NCBI GenBank assembly: GCA_964057225.1
Contig: OZ059897.1
Span: 10,168,001-10,232,000, forward strand
Direction: 5' to 3'
DNA length: 64,000 bases
DNA from: Auanema rhodensis
Lineage: Eukaryota > Animalia > Nematoda
Below are positions 36,701 to 51,700 of the stretch, one piece after another (the stretch's first letter is position 1; each line of letters starts with the position of its first letter). The translations under genes and the position numbers were made by a program. Below the pieces are notes generated by a model. The model was given only the letters and a program-made list of their open reading frames with translations. It ran no database searches and was not told where the DNA came from.

Positions 36701-39700
36701 CAGAAATTGAATTTCGTCTTTATTTTTGAAAACAATACAGTTGATTGAACGTGATTAAATCGAAAATTGTTAGAACTTAAATAAGTATTTGAATTAAACA
36801 AATCTAAGATGACAAGCAAGCAATATGTTTATAGCATTTTAATTTCAAAACAAAAAATGCCCAAGACAGGAATCGAACCTGTGTCGCCACGGCCACAACG
36901 TGGAGTACTAACCACTATACTACTTGGGCCGATATTTCAACAACTAAACAAAGTTATTGTGTTCGTTGTTACTGAAATGAACTAAGATTCTTCATTTCCT
37001 GTGTGACAACATGAAAATTCTAATTCAATGAACAGAAATTGAATTTTGTCTTTATTTTTGAAAACAATACAGTTAATTGAACGTGATTTAATCGAAAATT
37101 GTTGGAACTTAAATAAGTATTTAAATTAAACAAATCTAACATGACAAGCAAGCAATAATTTCATAGCATTTAAATTTCAAAACAAAAAATGCCCAAGACA
37201 GGAATCGAACCTGTGTCGCCACGGCCACAACGTGGAGTACTAACCACTATACTACTTGGGCCGATATTACAACAACTTAACAGAGTTAGTGTGTTCATTG
37301 TTACTGAAATGAACTGAAATTCTTCAATTTCTGTGTGACAACATGAAAATTCTAATTCAATGAACAGAAATAGAATTTTGTTTTTATTTTTGAAAACAAT
37401 ACGGTTGATTGAACGTGATTAAATCGAAAATTGTTAGAACTTGAATAAGTATTCAAATTAAAGAAATCTAACATGACAAATAAGCAATAATTTTATAGCA
37501 TTTAAATTTCAAAACAAAAAATGCCCAAGACAGGAATCGAATCTGTGTCGCCACGGCCACAACGTGGAGTACTAACCACTATATTACTTGGGCCGATATT
37601 ACAACAACTTAACAAAGTTAGTGTGTTCATTGTTAATGAATTGAACTAAGATTCTTCAATTTCTGTGTGACAACATGAAAATTCTAATTCAATGACCAGA
37701 AATTGAATGATGTCTTTATTTTTGAAAACAATACAGTTGATTGAACGTGATTAAATCGAAAATTGTTAGAACTTAAATAAGTATTTGAATTAAACAAATC
37801 TAACATGACAAGCAAGCAATATGTTTATAGCATTTTAATTTCAAAACAAAAAAATGCCCAAGACAGGAATCAAACCTGTGTCGCCACGGCCACAACGTGG
37901 AGTACTAACCACTATATTACTTGGGCCGATATTACAACAACTTAACAAAGTTAGTGTGTTCATTGTTAATGAATTGAACTAAGATTCTTCAATTTCTGTG
38001 TGACAACATGAAAATTCTAATTCAATGACCAGAAATTGAATGATGTCTTTATTTTTAAAAACAATACAGTTGATTGAACGTGATTAAATCGAAAATTGTT
38101 AGAACTGAAATAAGTATTTGAATTAAACAAATCTAACATGACAAGCAAGCAATATGTTTATAGCATTTTAATTTCAAAACAAAAAAATGCCCAAGACAGG
38201 AATCGAACCTGTGTCGCCACGGCCACAACGTGGAGTACTAACCACGATACTTTATGGGCCGGTATTACAACAACTTAACAAAATTAGTCTGTTCATTGTT
38301 ACTGAAAAGAACTAAGATTCTTCAATTTCTGTGTGACTACATGAAAATTCTAATTCAATGAACAGAAATTGAATTTTGTCTTTATTTTGAAAACAATACG
38401 GTTGATTGAACGTGATTAAATCGAAAATTGTTAGAACTTGAATAAGTATTTGAATTAAACAAATCTAACATGACAAGCAAGCAATATGTTTATAGCATTT
38501 AAATTTCAGAACAAAAAATGCCCAAGACAGGAATCGAATCTGTGTCGCCACGGCCACAACGTGGAGTACTAACCACGATACTTTATGGGCCGGTATTACA
38601 ACAACTAAACAAAGTTATTGTGTTCATTGTTACTGAATTGAACTAAGATTCTTCAATTTCTGTGTGACAACATGAAAATTCTAATTCAATGACCAGAAAT
38701 TGAAAGATGTCTTCATTTTTGAAAACAATACTGTTAATTGAACGTGATTAAATCGAAAATTGTTAGAACTTAAATAAGTATTTGAATTAAACAAATCTAA
38801 CATGACAAGCAAGCAATATGTTTATAGCATTTTAATTTTAAAACAAAAAATGCCCAAGACAGGAATCGAACCTGTGTCGCCACGGCCACAACGTGGAGTA
38901 CTAACCACGATACTTTATGGGCCGGTATTACAACAACTAAACAAAGTTATTGTGTTCATTGTTACTGAATTGAACTAAGATTCTTCAATTTCTGTGTGAC
39001 AACATGAAAATTCTAATTCAATGACCAGAAATTGAATGATGTCTTTATTTTTGAAAACAATACAGTTGATTGAACGTGATTAAATCGAAAATTGTTAGAA
39101 CTTAAATAAGTATTTGAATTAAACAAATCTAACATGACAAGCAAGCAATATGTTTATAGCATTTTAATTTCAAAACAAAAAAATGCCCAAGACAGGAATC
39201 GAACCTGTGTCGCCACGGCCACAACGTGGAGTACTAACCACTATATTACTTGGGCCGATATTACAACAACTTAACAAAGTTAGTGTGTTCATTGTTAATG
39301 AATTGAACTAAGATTCTTCAATTTCTGTGTGACAACATGAAAATTCTAATTCAATGAACAGAAATTGAATTTTGTCTTTATTTTTGAAAACAATACAGTT
39401 GATTGAACGTGATTAAATCGAAAATTGTTAGAACTTAAATAAGTATTTGAATTAAACAAATCTAAGATGACAAGCAAGCAATATGTTTATAGCATTTTAA
39501 TTTCAAAACAAAAAATGCCCAAGACAGGAATCGAACCTGTGTCGCCACGGCCACAACGTGGAGTACTAACCACTATACTACTTGGGCCGATATTTCAACA
39601 ACTAAACAAAGTTATTGTGTTCGTTGTTACTGAAATGAACTAAGATTCTTCATTTCCTGTGTGACAACATGAAAATTCTAATTCAATGAACAGAAATTGA

Positions 39701-42700
39701 ATTTTGTCTTTATTTTTGAAAACAATACAGTTAATTGAACGTGATTTAATCGAAAATTGTTGGAACTTAAATAAGTATTTAAATTAAACAAATCTAACAT
39801 GACAAGCAAGCAATAATTTCATAGCATTTAAATTTCAAAACAAAAAATGCCCAAGACAGGAATCGAACCTGTGTCGCCACGGCCACAACGTGGAGTACTA
39901 ACCACTATACTACTTGGGCCGATATTACAACAACTTAACAGAGTTAGTGTGTTCATTGTTACTGAAATGAACTGAAATTCTTCAATTTCTGTGTGACAAC
40001 ATGAAAATTCTAATTCAATGAACAGAAATAGAATTTTGTTTTTATTTTTGAAAACAATACGGTTGATTGAACGTGATTAAATCGAAAATTGTTAGAACTT
40101 GAATAAGTATTCAAATTAAAGAAATCTAACATGACAAATAAGCAATAATTTTATAGCATTTAAATTTCAAAACAAAAAATGCCCAAGACAGGAATCGAAT
40201 CTGTGTCGCCACGGCCACAACGTGGAGTACTAACCACTATATTACTTGGGCCGATATTACAACAACTTAACAAAGTTAGTGTGTTCATTGTTAATGAATT
40301 GAACTAAGATTCTTCAATTTCTGTGTGACAACATGAAAATTCTAATTCAATGACCAGAAATTGAATGATGTCTTTATTTTTGAAAACAATACAGTTGATT
40401 GAACGTGATTAAATCGAAAATTGTTAGAACTTAAATAAGTATTTGAATTAAACAAATCTAACATGACAAGCAAGCAATATGTTTATAGCATTTTAATTTC
40501 AAAACAAAAAAATGCCCAAGACAGGAATCAAACCTGTGTCGCCACGGCCACAACGTGGAGTACTAACCACTATATTACTTGGGCCGATATTACAACAACT
40601 TAACAAAGTTAGTGTGTTCATTGTTAATGAATTGAACTAAGATTCTTCAATTTCTGTGTGACAACATGAAAATTCTAATTCAATGACCAGAAATTGAATG
40701 ATGTCTTTATTTTTAAAAACAATACAGTTGATTGAACGTGATTAAATCGAAAATTGTTAGAACTGAAATAAGTATTTGAATTAAACAAATCTAACATGAC
40801 AAGCAAGCAATATGTTTATAGCATTTTAATTTCAAAACAAAAAAATGCCCAAGACAGGAATCGAACCTGTGTCGCCACGGCCACAACGTGGAGTACTAAC
40901 CACTATACTACTTGGGCCGGTATTACAACAACTTATTAAAGTTAGTGTGTTCAGTGTTACTGAATTGAACTAAGATTCTTCATTTCCTGTGTGACAACAT
41001 GAAAATTCTAATTCAATGAACAGAAATTGAATTTTGTCTTTATTTTTGAAAACAATACGGTTGATTGAACGTGATTAAATCGAAAATTGTTAGAACTTGA
41101 ATAAGTATTTGAATTAAACAAATCTAACATGACAAGCAAGCAATATGTTTATAGCATTTAAATTTCAGAACAAAAAATGCCCTAGACAGAAATCGAATCT
41201 GTGTCGCCACGGCCACAACGTGGAGTACTAACCACTATATTACTTGGGCCGATATTACAACAACTTAACAAAATTAGTGTGTTCATTGTTACTGAAATGA
41301 ACTAAGATTCTTCAATTTCTGTGTGACAACATGAAAATTCTAATTCAATGAACAGAAATTGAATTTTGTCTTTATTTTGAAAACAATACGGTTGATTGAA
41401 CGTGATTAAATCGAAAATTGTTAGAACTTGAATAAGTATTTGAATTAAACAAATCTAACATGACAAGCAAGCAATATGTTTATAGCATTTAAATTTCAGA
41501 ACAAAAAATGCCCTAGACAGAAATCGAATCTGTGTCGCCACGGCCACAACGTGGAGTACTAACCACTATATTACTTGGGCCGATATTACAACAACTTAAC
41601 AAAATTAGTCTGTTCATTGTTACTGAAAAGAACTAAGATTCTTCAATTTCTGTGTGACTACATGAAAATTCTAATTCAATGACCAGAAATTGAAAGATGT
41701 CTTCATTTTTGAAAACAATACTGTTAGTTGAACGTGATTAAATCGAAAATTGTTAGAACTTAAATAAGTATTTGAATTAAACAAATCTAACATGACAAGC
41801 AAGCAATATGTTTATAGCATTTTAATTTCAAAACAAAAAATGCCCAAGACAGGAATCGAACCTGTGTCGCCACGGCCACAACGTGGAGTACTAACCACGA
41901 TACTTTATGGGCCGGTATTACAACAACTAAACAAAGTTATTGTGTTCATTGTTACTGAATTGAACTAAGATTCTTCAATTTCTGTGTGACAACATGAAAA
42001 TTCTAATTCAATGACCAGAAATTGAAAGATGTCTTCATTTTTGAAAACAATACTGTTAATTGAACGTGATTAAATCGAAAATTGTTAGAACTTAAATAAG
42101 TATTTGAATTAAACAAATCTAACATGACAAGCAAGCAATATGTTTATAGCATTTTAATTTTAAAACAAAAAATGCCCAAGACAGGAATCGAACCTGTGTC
42201 GCCACGGCCACAACGTGGAGTACTAACCACGATACTTTATGGGCCGGTATTACAACAACTAAACAAAGTTATTGTGTTCATTGTTACTGAATTGAACTAA
42301 GATTCTTCAATTTCTGTGTGACAACATGAAAATTCTAATTCAATGAACAGAAATTGAATTTTGTCTTTATTTTTGAAAACAATACAGTTGATTGAACGTG
42401 ATTAAATCGAAAATTGTTAGAACTTAAATAAGTATTTGAATTAAACAAATCTAACATGACAAGCAAGCAATATGTTTATAGCATTTTAATTTCAAAACAA
42501 AAAATGCCCAAGACAGGAATCGAACCTGTGTCGCCACGGCCACAACGTGGAGTACTAACCACTATACTACTTGGCTAAACACAGAAGAATCTAACATTAC
42601 AACAACTTAACAAAATTAGTGTGTTCATTGTTACTGAAATGAACTAAGATTATTCAATTTCTGTGTGACTACATGAAAATTCTAATTCAATGACCAGAAA

Positions 42701-45700
42701 TTGAAAGATGTCTTTATTTTTGAAAACAATACAGTTGATTGAACGTGATTAAATCGAAAATTGTTAGAACTTAAATAAGTATTTGAATTAAACAAATCTA
42801 ACATGACAAGCAAGCAATATGTTTATAGCATTTTAATTTCAAAACAAAAAAATGCCCAAGACAGGAATCGAACCTGTGTCGCCACGGCCACAACGTGGAG
42901 TACTAACCACTATATTACTTGGGCCGATATTACAACAACTTAACAAAGTTAGTGTGTTCATTGTTAATGAATTGAACTAAGATTCTTCAATTTCTGTGTG
43001 ACAACATGAAAATTCTAATTCAATGAACAGAAATTGAATTTCGTCTTTATTTTTGAAAACAATACAGTTGATTGAACGTGATTAAATCGAAAATTGTTAG
43101 AACTTAAATAAGTATTTGAATTAAACAAATCTAAGATGACAAGCAAGCAATATGTTTATAGCATTTTAATTTCAAAACAAAAAATGCCCAAGACAGGAAT
43201 CGAACCTGTGTCGCCACGGCCACAACGTGGAGTACTAACCACTATACTACTTGGGCCGATATTTCAACAACTAAACAAAGTTATTGTGTTCGTTGTTACT
43301 GAAATGAACTAAGATTCTTCATTTCCTGTGTGACAACATGAAAATTCTAATTCAATGAACAGAAATTGAATTTTGTCTTTATTTTTGAAAACAATACAGT
43401 TAATTGAACGTGATTTAATCGAAAATTGTTGGAACTTAAATAAGTATTTAAATTAAACAAATCTAACATGACAAGCAAGCAATAATTTCATAGCATTTAA
43501 ATTTCAAAACAAAAAATGCCCAAGACAGGAATCGAACCTGTGTCGCCACGGCCACAACGTGGAGTACTAACCACTATACTACTTGGGCCGATATTACAAC
43601 AACTTAACAGAGTTAGTGTGTTCATTGTTACTGAAATGAACTGAAATTCTTCAATTTCTGTGTGACAACATGAAAATTCTAATTCAATGAACAGAAATAG
43701 AATTTTGTTTTTATTTTTGAAAACAATACGGTTGATTGAACGTGATTAAATCGAAAATTGTTAGAACTTGAATAAGTATTCAAATTAAAGAAATCTAACA
43801 TGACAAATAAGCAATAATTTTATAGCATTTAAATTTCAAAACAAAAAATGCCCAAGACAGGAATCGAATCTGTGTCGCCACGGCCACAACGTGGAGTACT
43901 AACCACTATATTACTTGGGCCGATATTACAACAACTTAACAAAGTTAGTGTGTTCATTGTTAATGAATTGAACTAAGATTCTTCAATTTCTGTGTGACAA
44001 CATGAAAATTCTAATTCAATGACCAGAAATTGAATGATGTCTTTATTTTTGAAAACAATACAGTTGATTGAACGTGATTAAATCGAAAATTGTTAGAACT
44101 TAAATAAGTATTTGAATTAAACAAATCTAACATGACAAGCAAGCAATATGTTTATAGCATTTTAATTTCAAAACAAAAAAATGCCCAAGACAGGAATCAA
44201 ACCTGTGTCGCCACGGCCACAACGTGGAGTACTAACCACTATATTACTTGGGCCGATATTACAACAACTTAACAAAGTTAGTGTGTTCATTGTTAATGAA
44301 TTGAACTAAGATTCTTCAATTTCTGTGTGACAACATGAAAATTCTAATTCAATGACCAGAAATTGAATGATGTCTTTATTTTTAAAAACAATACAGTTGA
44401 TTGAACGTGATTAAATCGAAAATTGTTAGAACTGAAATAAGTATTTGAATTAAACAAATCTAACATGACAAGCAAGCAATATGTTTATAGCATTTTAATT
44501 TCAAAACAAAAAAATGCCCAAGACAGGAATCGAACCTGTGTCGCCACGGCCACAACGTGGAGTACTAACCACGATACTTTATGGGCCGGTATTACAACAA
44601 CTTAACAAAATTAGTCTGTTCATTGTTACTGAAAAGAACTAAGATTCTTCAATTTCTGTGTGACTACATGAAAATTCTAATTCAATGAACAGAAATTGAA
44701 TTTTGTCTTTATTTTGAAAACAATACGGTTGATTGAACGTGATTAAATCGAAAATTGTTAGAACTTGAATAAGTATTTGAATTAAACAAATCTAACATGA
44801 CAAGCAAGCAATATGTTTATAGCATTTAAATTTCAGAACAAAAAATGCCCAAGACAGGAATCGAATCTGTGTCGCCACGGCCACAACGTGGAGTACTAAC
44901 CACGATACTTTATGGGCCGGTATTACAACAACTAAACAAAGTTATTGTGTTCATTGTTACTGAATTGAACTAAGATTCTTCAATTTCTGTGTGACAACAT
45001 GAAAATTCTAATTCAATGACCAGAAATTGAAAGATGTCTTCATTTTTGAAAACAATACTGTTAATTGAACGTGATTAAATCGAAAATTGTTAGAACTTAA
45101 ATAAGTATTTGAATTAAACAAATCTAACATGACAAGCAAGCAATATGTTTATAGCATTTTAATTTTAAAACAAAAAATGCCCAAGACAGGAATCGAACCT
45201 GTGTCGCCACGGCCACAACGTGGAGTACTAACCACGATACTTTATGGGCCGGTATTACAACAACTAAACAAAGTTATTGTGTTCATTGTTACTGAATTGA
45301 ACTAAGATTCTTCAATTTCTGTGTGACAACATGAAAATTCTAATTCAATGACCAGAAATTGAATGATGTCTTTATTTTTGAAAACAATACAGTTGATTGA
45401 ACGTGATTAAATCGAAAATTGTTAGAACTTAAATAAGTATTTGAATTAAACAAATCTAACATGACAAGCAAGCAATATGTTTATAGCATTTTAATTTCAA
45501 AACAAAAAAATGCCCAAGACAGGAATCGAACCTGTGTCGCCACGGCCACAACGTGGAGTACTAACCACTATATTACTTGGGCCGATATTACAACAACTTA
45601 ACAAAGTTAGTGTGTTCATTGTTAATGAATTGAACTAAGATTCTTCAATTTCTGTGTGACAACATGAAAATTCTAATTCAATGAACAGAAATTGAATTTT

Positions 45701-48700
45701 GTCTTTATTTTTGAAAACAATACAGTTGATTGAACGTGATTAAATCGAAAATTGTTAGAACTTAAATAAGTATTTGAATTAAACAAATCTAAGATGACAA
45801 GCAAGCAATATGTTTATAGCATTTTAATTTCAAAACAAAAAATGCCCAAGACAGGAATCGAACCTGTGTCGCCACGGCCACAACGTGGAGTACTAACCAC
45901 TATACTACTTGGGCCGATATTTCAACAACTAAACAAAGTTATTGTGTTCGTTGTTACTGAAATGAACTAAGATTCTTCATTTCCTGTGTGACAACATGAA
46001 AATTCTAATTCAATGAACAGAAATTGAATTTTGTCTTTATTTTTGAAAACAATACAGTTAATTGAACGTGATTTAATCGAAAATTGTTGGAACTTAAATA
46101 AGTATTTAAATTAAACAAATCTAACATGACAAGCAAGCAATAATTTCATAGCATTTAAATTTCAAAACAAAAAATGCCCAAGACAGGAATCGAACCTGTG
46201 TCGCCACGGCCACAACGTGGAGTACTAACCACTATACTACTTGGGCCGATATTACAACAACTTAACAGAGTTAGTGTGTTCATTGTTACTGAAATGAACT
46301 GAAATTCTTCAATTTCTGTGTGACAACATGAAAATTCTAATTCAATGAACAGAAATAGAATTTTGTTTTTATTTTTGAAAACAATACGGTTGATTGAACG
46401 TGATTAAATCGAAAATTGTTAGAACTTGAATAAGTATTCAAATTAAAGAAATCTAACATGACAAATAAGCAATAATTTTATAGCATTTAAATTTCAAAAC
46501 AAAAAATGCCCAAGACAGGAATCGAATCTGTGTCGCCACGGCCACAACGTGGAGTACTAACCACTATATTACTTGGGCCGATATTACAACAACTTAACAA
46601 AGTTAGTGTGTTCATTGTTAATGAATTGAACTAAGATTCTTCAATTTCTGTGTGACAACATGAAAATTCTAATTCAATGACCAGAAATTGAATGATGTCT
46701 TTATTTTTGAAAACAATACAGTTGATTGAACGTGATTAAATCGAAAATTGTTAGAACTTAAATAAGTATTTGAATTAAACAAATCTAACATGACAAGCAA
46801 GCAATATGTTTATAGCATTTTAATTTCAAAACAAAAAAATGCCCAAGACAGGAATCAAACCTGTGTCGCCACGGCCACAACGTGGAGTACTAACCACTAT
46901 ATTACTTGGGCCGATATTACAACAACTTAACAAAGTTAGTGTGTTCATTGTTAATGAATTGAACTAAGATTCTTCAATTTCTGTGTGACAACATGAAAAT
47001 TCTAATTCAATGACCAGAAATTGAATGATGTCTTTATTTTTAAAAACAATACAGTTGATTGAACGTGATTAAATCGAAAATTGTTAGAACTGAAATAAGT
47101 ATTTGAATTAAACAAATCTAACATGACAAGCAAGCAATATGTTTATAGCATTTTAATTTCAAAACAAAAAAATGCCCAAGACAGGAATCGAACCTGTGTC
47201 GCCACGGCCACAACGTGGAGTACTAACCACTATACTACTTGGGCCGGTATTACAACAACTTATTAAAGTTAGTGTGTTCAGTGTTACTGAATTGAACTAA
47301 GATTCTTCATTTCCTGTGTGACAACATGAAAATTCTAATTCAATGAACAGAAATTGAATTTTGTCTTTATTTTTGAAAACAATACGGTTGATTGAACGTG
47401 ATTAAATCGAAAATTGTTAGAACTTGAATAAGTATTTGAATTAAACAAATCTAACATGACAAGCAAGCAATATGTTTATAGCATTTAAATTTCAGAACAA
47501 AAAATGCCCTAGACAGAAATCGAATCTGTGTCGCCACGGCCACAACGTGGAGTACTAACCACTATATTACTTGGGCCGATATTACAACAACTTAACAAAA
47601 TTAGTGTGTTCATTGTTACTGAAATGAACTAAGATTCTTCAATTTCTGTGTGACAACATGAAAATTCTAATTCAATGAACAGAAATTGAATTTTGTCTTT
47701 ATTTTGAAAACAATACGGTTGATTGAACGTGATTAAATCGAAAATTGTTAGAACTTGAATAAGTATTTGAATTAAACAAATCTAACATGACAAGCAAGCA
47801 ATATGTTTATAGCATTTAAATTTCAGAACAAAAAATGCCCTAGACAGAAATCGAATCTGTGTCGCCACGGCCACAACGTGGAGTACTAACCACTATATTA
47901 CTTGGGCCGATATTACAACAACTTAACAAAATTAGTCTGTTCATTGTTACTGAAAAGAACTAAGATTCTTCAATTTCTGTGTGACTACATGAAAATTCTA
48001 ATTCAATGACCAGAAATTGAAAGATGTCTTCATTTTTGAAAACAATACTGTTAGTTGAACGTGATTAAATCGAAAATTGTTAGAACTTAAATAAGTATTT
48101 GAATTAAACAAATCTAACATGACAAGCAAGCAATATGTTTATAGCATTTTAATTTCAAAACAAAAAATGCCCAAGACAGGAATCGAACCTGTGTCGCCAC
48201 GGCCACAACGTGGAGTACTAACCACGATACTTTATGGGCCGGTATTACAACAACTAAACAAAGTTATTGTGTTCATTGTTACTGAATTGAACTAAGATTC
48301 TTCAATTTCTGTGTGACAACATGAAAATTCTAATTCAATGACCAGAAATTGAAAGATGTCTTCATTTTTGAAAACAATACTGTTAATTGAACGTGATTAA
48401 ATCGAAAATTGTTAGAACTTAAATAAGTATTTGAATTAAACAAATCTAACATGACAAGCAAGCAATATGTTTATAGCATTTTAATTTTAAAACAAAAAAT
48501 GCCCAAGACAGGAATCGAACCTGTGTCGCCACGGCCACAACGTGGAGTACTAACCACGATACTTTATGGGCCGGTATTACAACAACTAAACAAAGTTATT
48601 GTGTTCATTGTTACTGAATTGAACTAAGATTCTTCAATTTCTGTGTGACAACATGAAAATTCTAATTCAATGAACAGAAATTGAATTTTGTCTTTATTTT

Positions 48701-51700
48701 TGAAAACAATACAGTTGATTGAACGTGATTAAATCGAAAATTGTTAGAACTTAAATAAGTATTTGAATTAAACAAATCTAACATGACAAGCAAGCAATAT
48801 GTTTATAGCATTTTAATTTCAAAACAAAAAATGCCCAAGACAGGAATCGAACCTGTGTCGCCACGGCCACAACGTGGAGTACTAACCACTATACTACTTG
48901 GCTAAACACAGAAGAATCTAACATTACAACAACTTAACAAAATTAGTGTGTTCATTGTTACTGAAATGAACTAAGATTATTCAATTTCTGTGTGACTACA
49001 TGAAAATTCTAATTCAATGACCAGAAATTGAAAGATGTCTTTATTTTTGAAAACAATACAGTTGATTGAACGTGATTAAATCGAAAATTGTTAGAACTTA
49101 AATAAGTATTTGAATTAAACAAATCTAAGATGACAAGCAAGCAATATGTTTATAGCATTTTAATTTCAAAACAAAAAATGCCCAAGACAGGAATCGAACC
49201 TGTGTCGCCACGGCCACAACGTGGAGTACTAACCACTATACTACTTGGGCCGATATTTCAACAACTAAACAAAGTTATTGTGTTCGTTGTTACTGAAATG
49301 AACTAAGATTCTTCATTTCCTGTGTGACAACATGAAAATTCTAATTCAATGAACAGAAATTGAATTTTGTCTTTATTTTTGAAAACAATACAGTTAATTG
49401 AACGTGATTTAATCGAAAATTGTTGGAACTTAAATAAGTATTTAAATTAAACAAATCTAACATGACAAGCAAGCAATAATTTCATAGCATTTAAATTTCA
49501 AAACAAAAAATGCCCAAGACAGGAATCGAACCTGTGTCGCCACGGCCACAACGTGGAGTACTAACCACTATACTACTTGGGCCGATATTACAACAATTTA
49601 ACAGAGTTAGTGTGTTCATTGTTACTGAAATGAACTGAAATTCTTCAATTTCTGTGTGACAACATGAAAATTCTAATTCAATGAACAGAAATAGAATTTT
49701 GTTTTTATTTTTGAAAACAATACGGTTGATTGAACGTGATTAAATCGAAAATTGTTAGAACTTGAATAAGTATTCAAATTAAAGAAATCTAACATGACAA
49801 ATAAGCAATAATTTTATAGCATTTAAATTTCAAAACAAAAAATGCCCAAGACAGGAATCGAATCTGTGTCGCCACGGCCACAACGTGGAGTACTAACCAC
49901 TATATTACTTGGGCCGATATTACAACAACTTAACAAAGTTAGTGTGTTCATTGTTAATGAATTGAACTAAGATTCTTCAATTTCTGTGTGACAACATGAA
50001 AATTCTAATTCAATGACCAGAAATTGAATGATGTCTTTATTTTTGAAAACAATACAGTTGATTGAACGTGATTAAATCGAAAATTGTTAGAACTTAAATA
50101 AGTATTTGAATTAAACAAATCTAACATGACAAGCAAGCAATATGTTTATAGCATTTTAATTTCAAAACAAAAAAATGCCCAAGACAGGAATCAAACCTGT
50201 GTCGCCACGGCCACAACGTGGAGTACTAACCACTATATTACTTGGGCCGATATTACAACAACTTAACAAAGTTAGTGTGTTCATTGTTAATGAATTGAAC
50301 TAAGATTCTTCAATTTCTGTGTGACAACATGAAAATTCTAATTCAATGACCAGAAATTGAATGATGTCTTTATTTTTAAAAACAATACAGTTGATTGAAC
50401 GTGATTAAATCGAAAATTGTTAGAACTTAAATAAGTATTTGAATTAAACAAATCTAACATGACAAGCAAGCAATATGTTTATAGCATTTTAATTTCAAAA
50501 CAAAAAAATGCCCAAGACAGGAATCGAACCTGTGTCGCCACGGCCACAACGTGGAGTACTAACCACTATACTACTTGGGCCGGTATTACAACAACTTATT
50601 AAAGTTAGTGTGTTCAGTGTTACTGAATTGAACTAAGATTCTTCATTTCCTGTGTGACAACATGAAAATTCTAATTCAATGAACAGAAATTGAATTTTGT
50701 CTTTATTTTTGAAAACAATACGGTTGATTGAACGTGATTAAATCGAAAATTGTTAGAACTTGAATAAGTATTTGAATTAAACAAATCTAACATGACAAGC
50801 AAGCAATATGTTTATAGCATTTAAATTTCAGAACAAAAAATGCCCTAGACAGGAATCGAATCTGTGTCGCCACGGCCACAACGTGGAGTACTAACCACTA
50901 TATTACTTGGGCCGATATTACAACAACTTAACAAAATTAGTGTGTTCATTGTTACTGAAATGAACTAAGATTCTTCAATTTCTGTGTGACAACATGAAAA
51001 TTCTAATTCAATGAACAGAAATTGAATTTTGTCTTTATTTTGAAAACAATACGGTTGATTGAACGTGATTAAATCGAAAATTGTTAGAACTTAAATAAGT
51101 ATTTGAATTAAACAAATCTAACATGACAAGCAAGCAATATGTTTATAGCATTTTAATTTCAAAACAAAAAATGCCCAAGACAGGAATCGAACCTGTGTCG
51201 CCACGGCCACAACGTGGAGTACTAACCACGATACTTTATGGGCCGGTATTACAACAACTAAACAAAGTTATTGTGTTCATTGTTACTGAATTGAACTAAG
51301 ATTCTTCAATTTCTGTGTGACAACATGAAAATTCTAATTCAATGACCAGAAATTGAAAGATGTCTTCATTTTTGAAAACAATACTGTTAATTGAACGTGA
51401 TTAAATCGAAAATTGTTAGAACTTAAATAAGTATTTGAATTAAACAAATCTAACATGACAAGCAAGCAATATGTTTATAGCATTTTAATTTTAAAACAAA
51501 AAATGCCCAAGACAGGAATCGAACCTGTGTCGCCACGGCCACAACGTGGAGTACTAACCACGATACTTTATGGGCCGGTATTACAACAACTAAACAAAGT
51601 TATTGTGTTCATTGTTACTGAATTGAACTAAGATTCTTCAATTTCTGTGTGACAACATGAAAATTCTAATTCAATGACCAGAAATTGAAAGATGTCTTTA

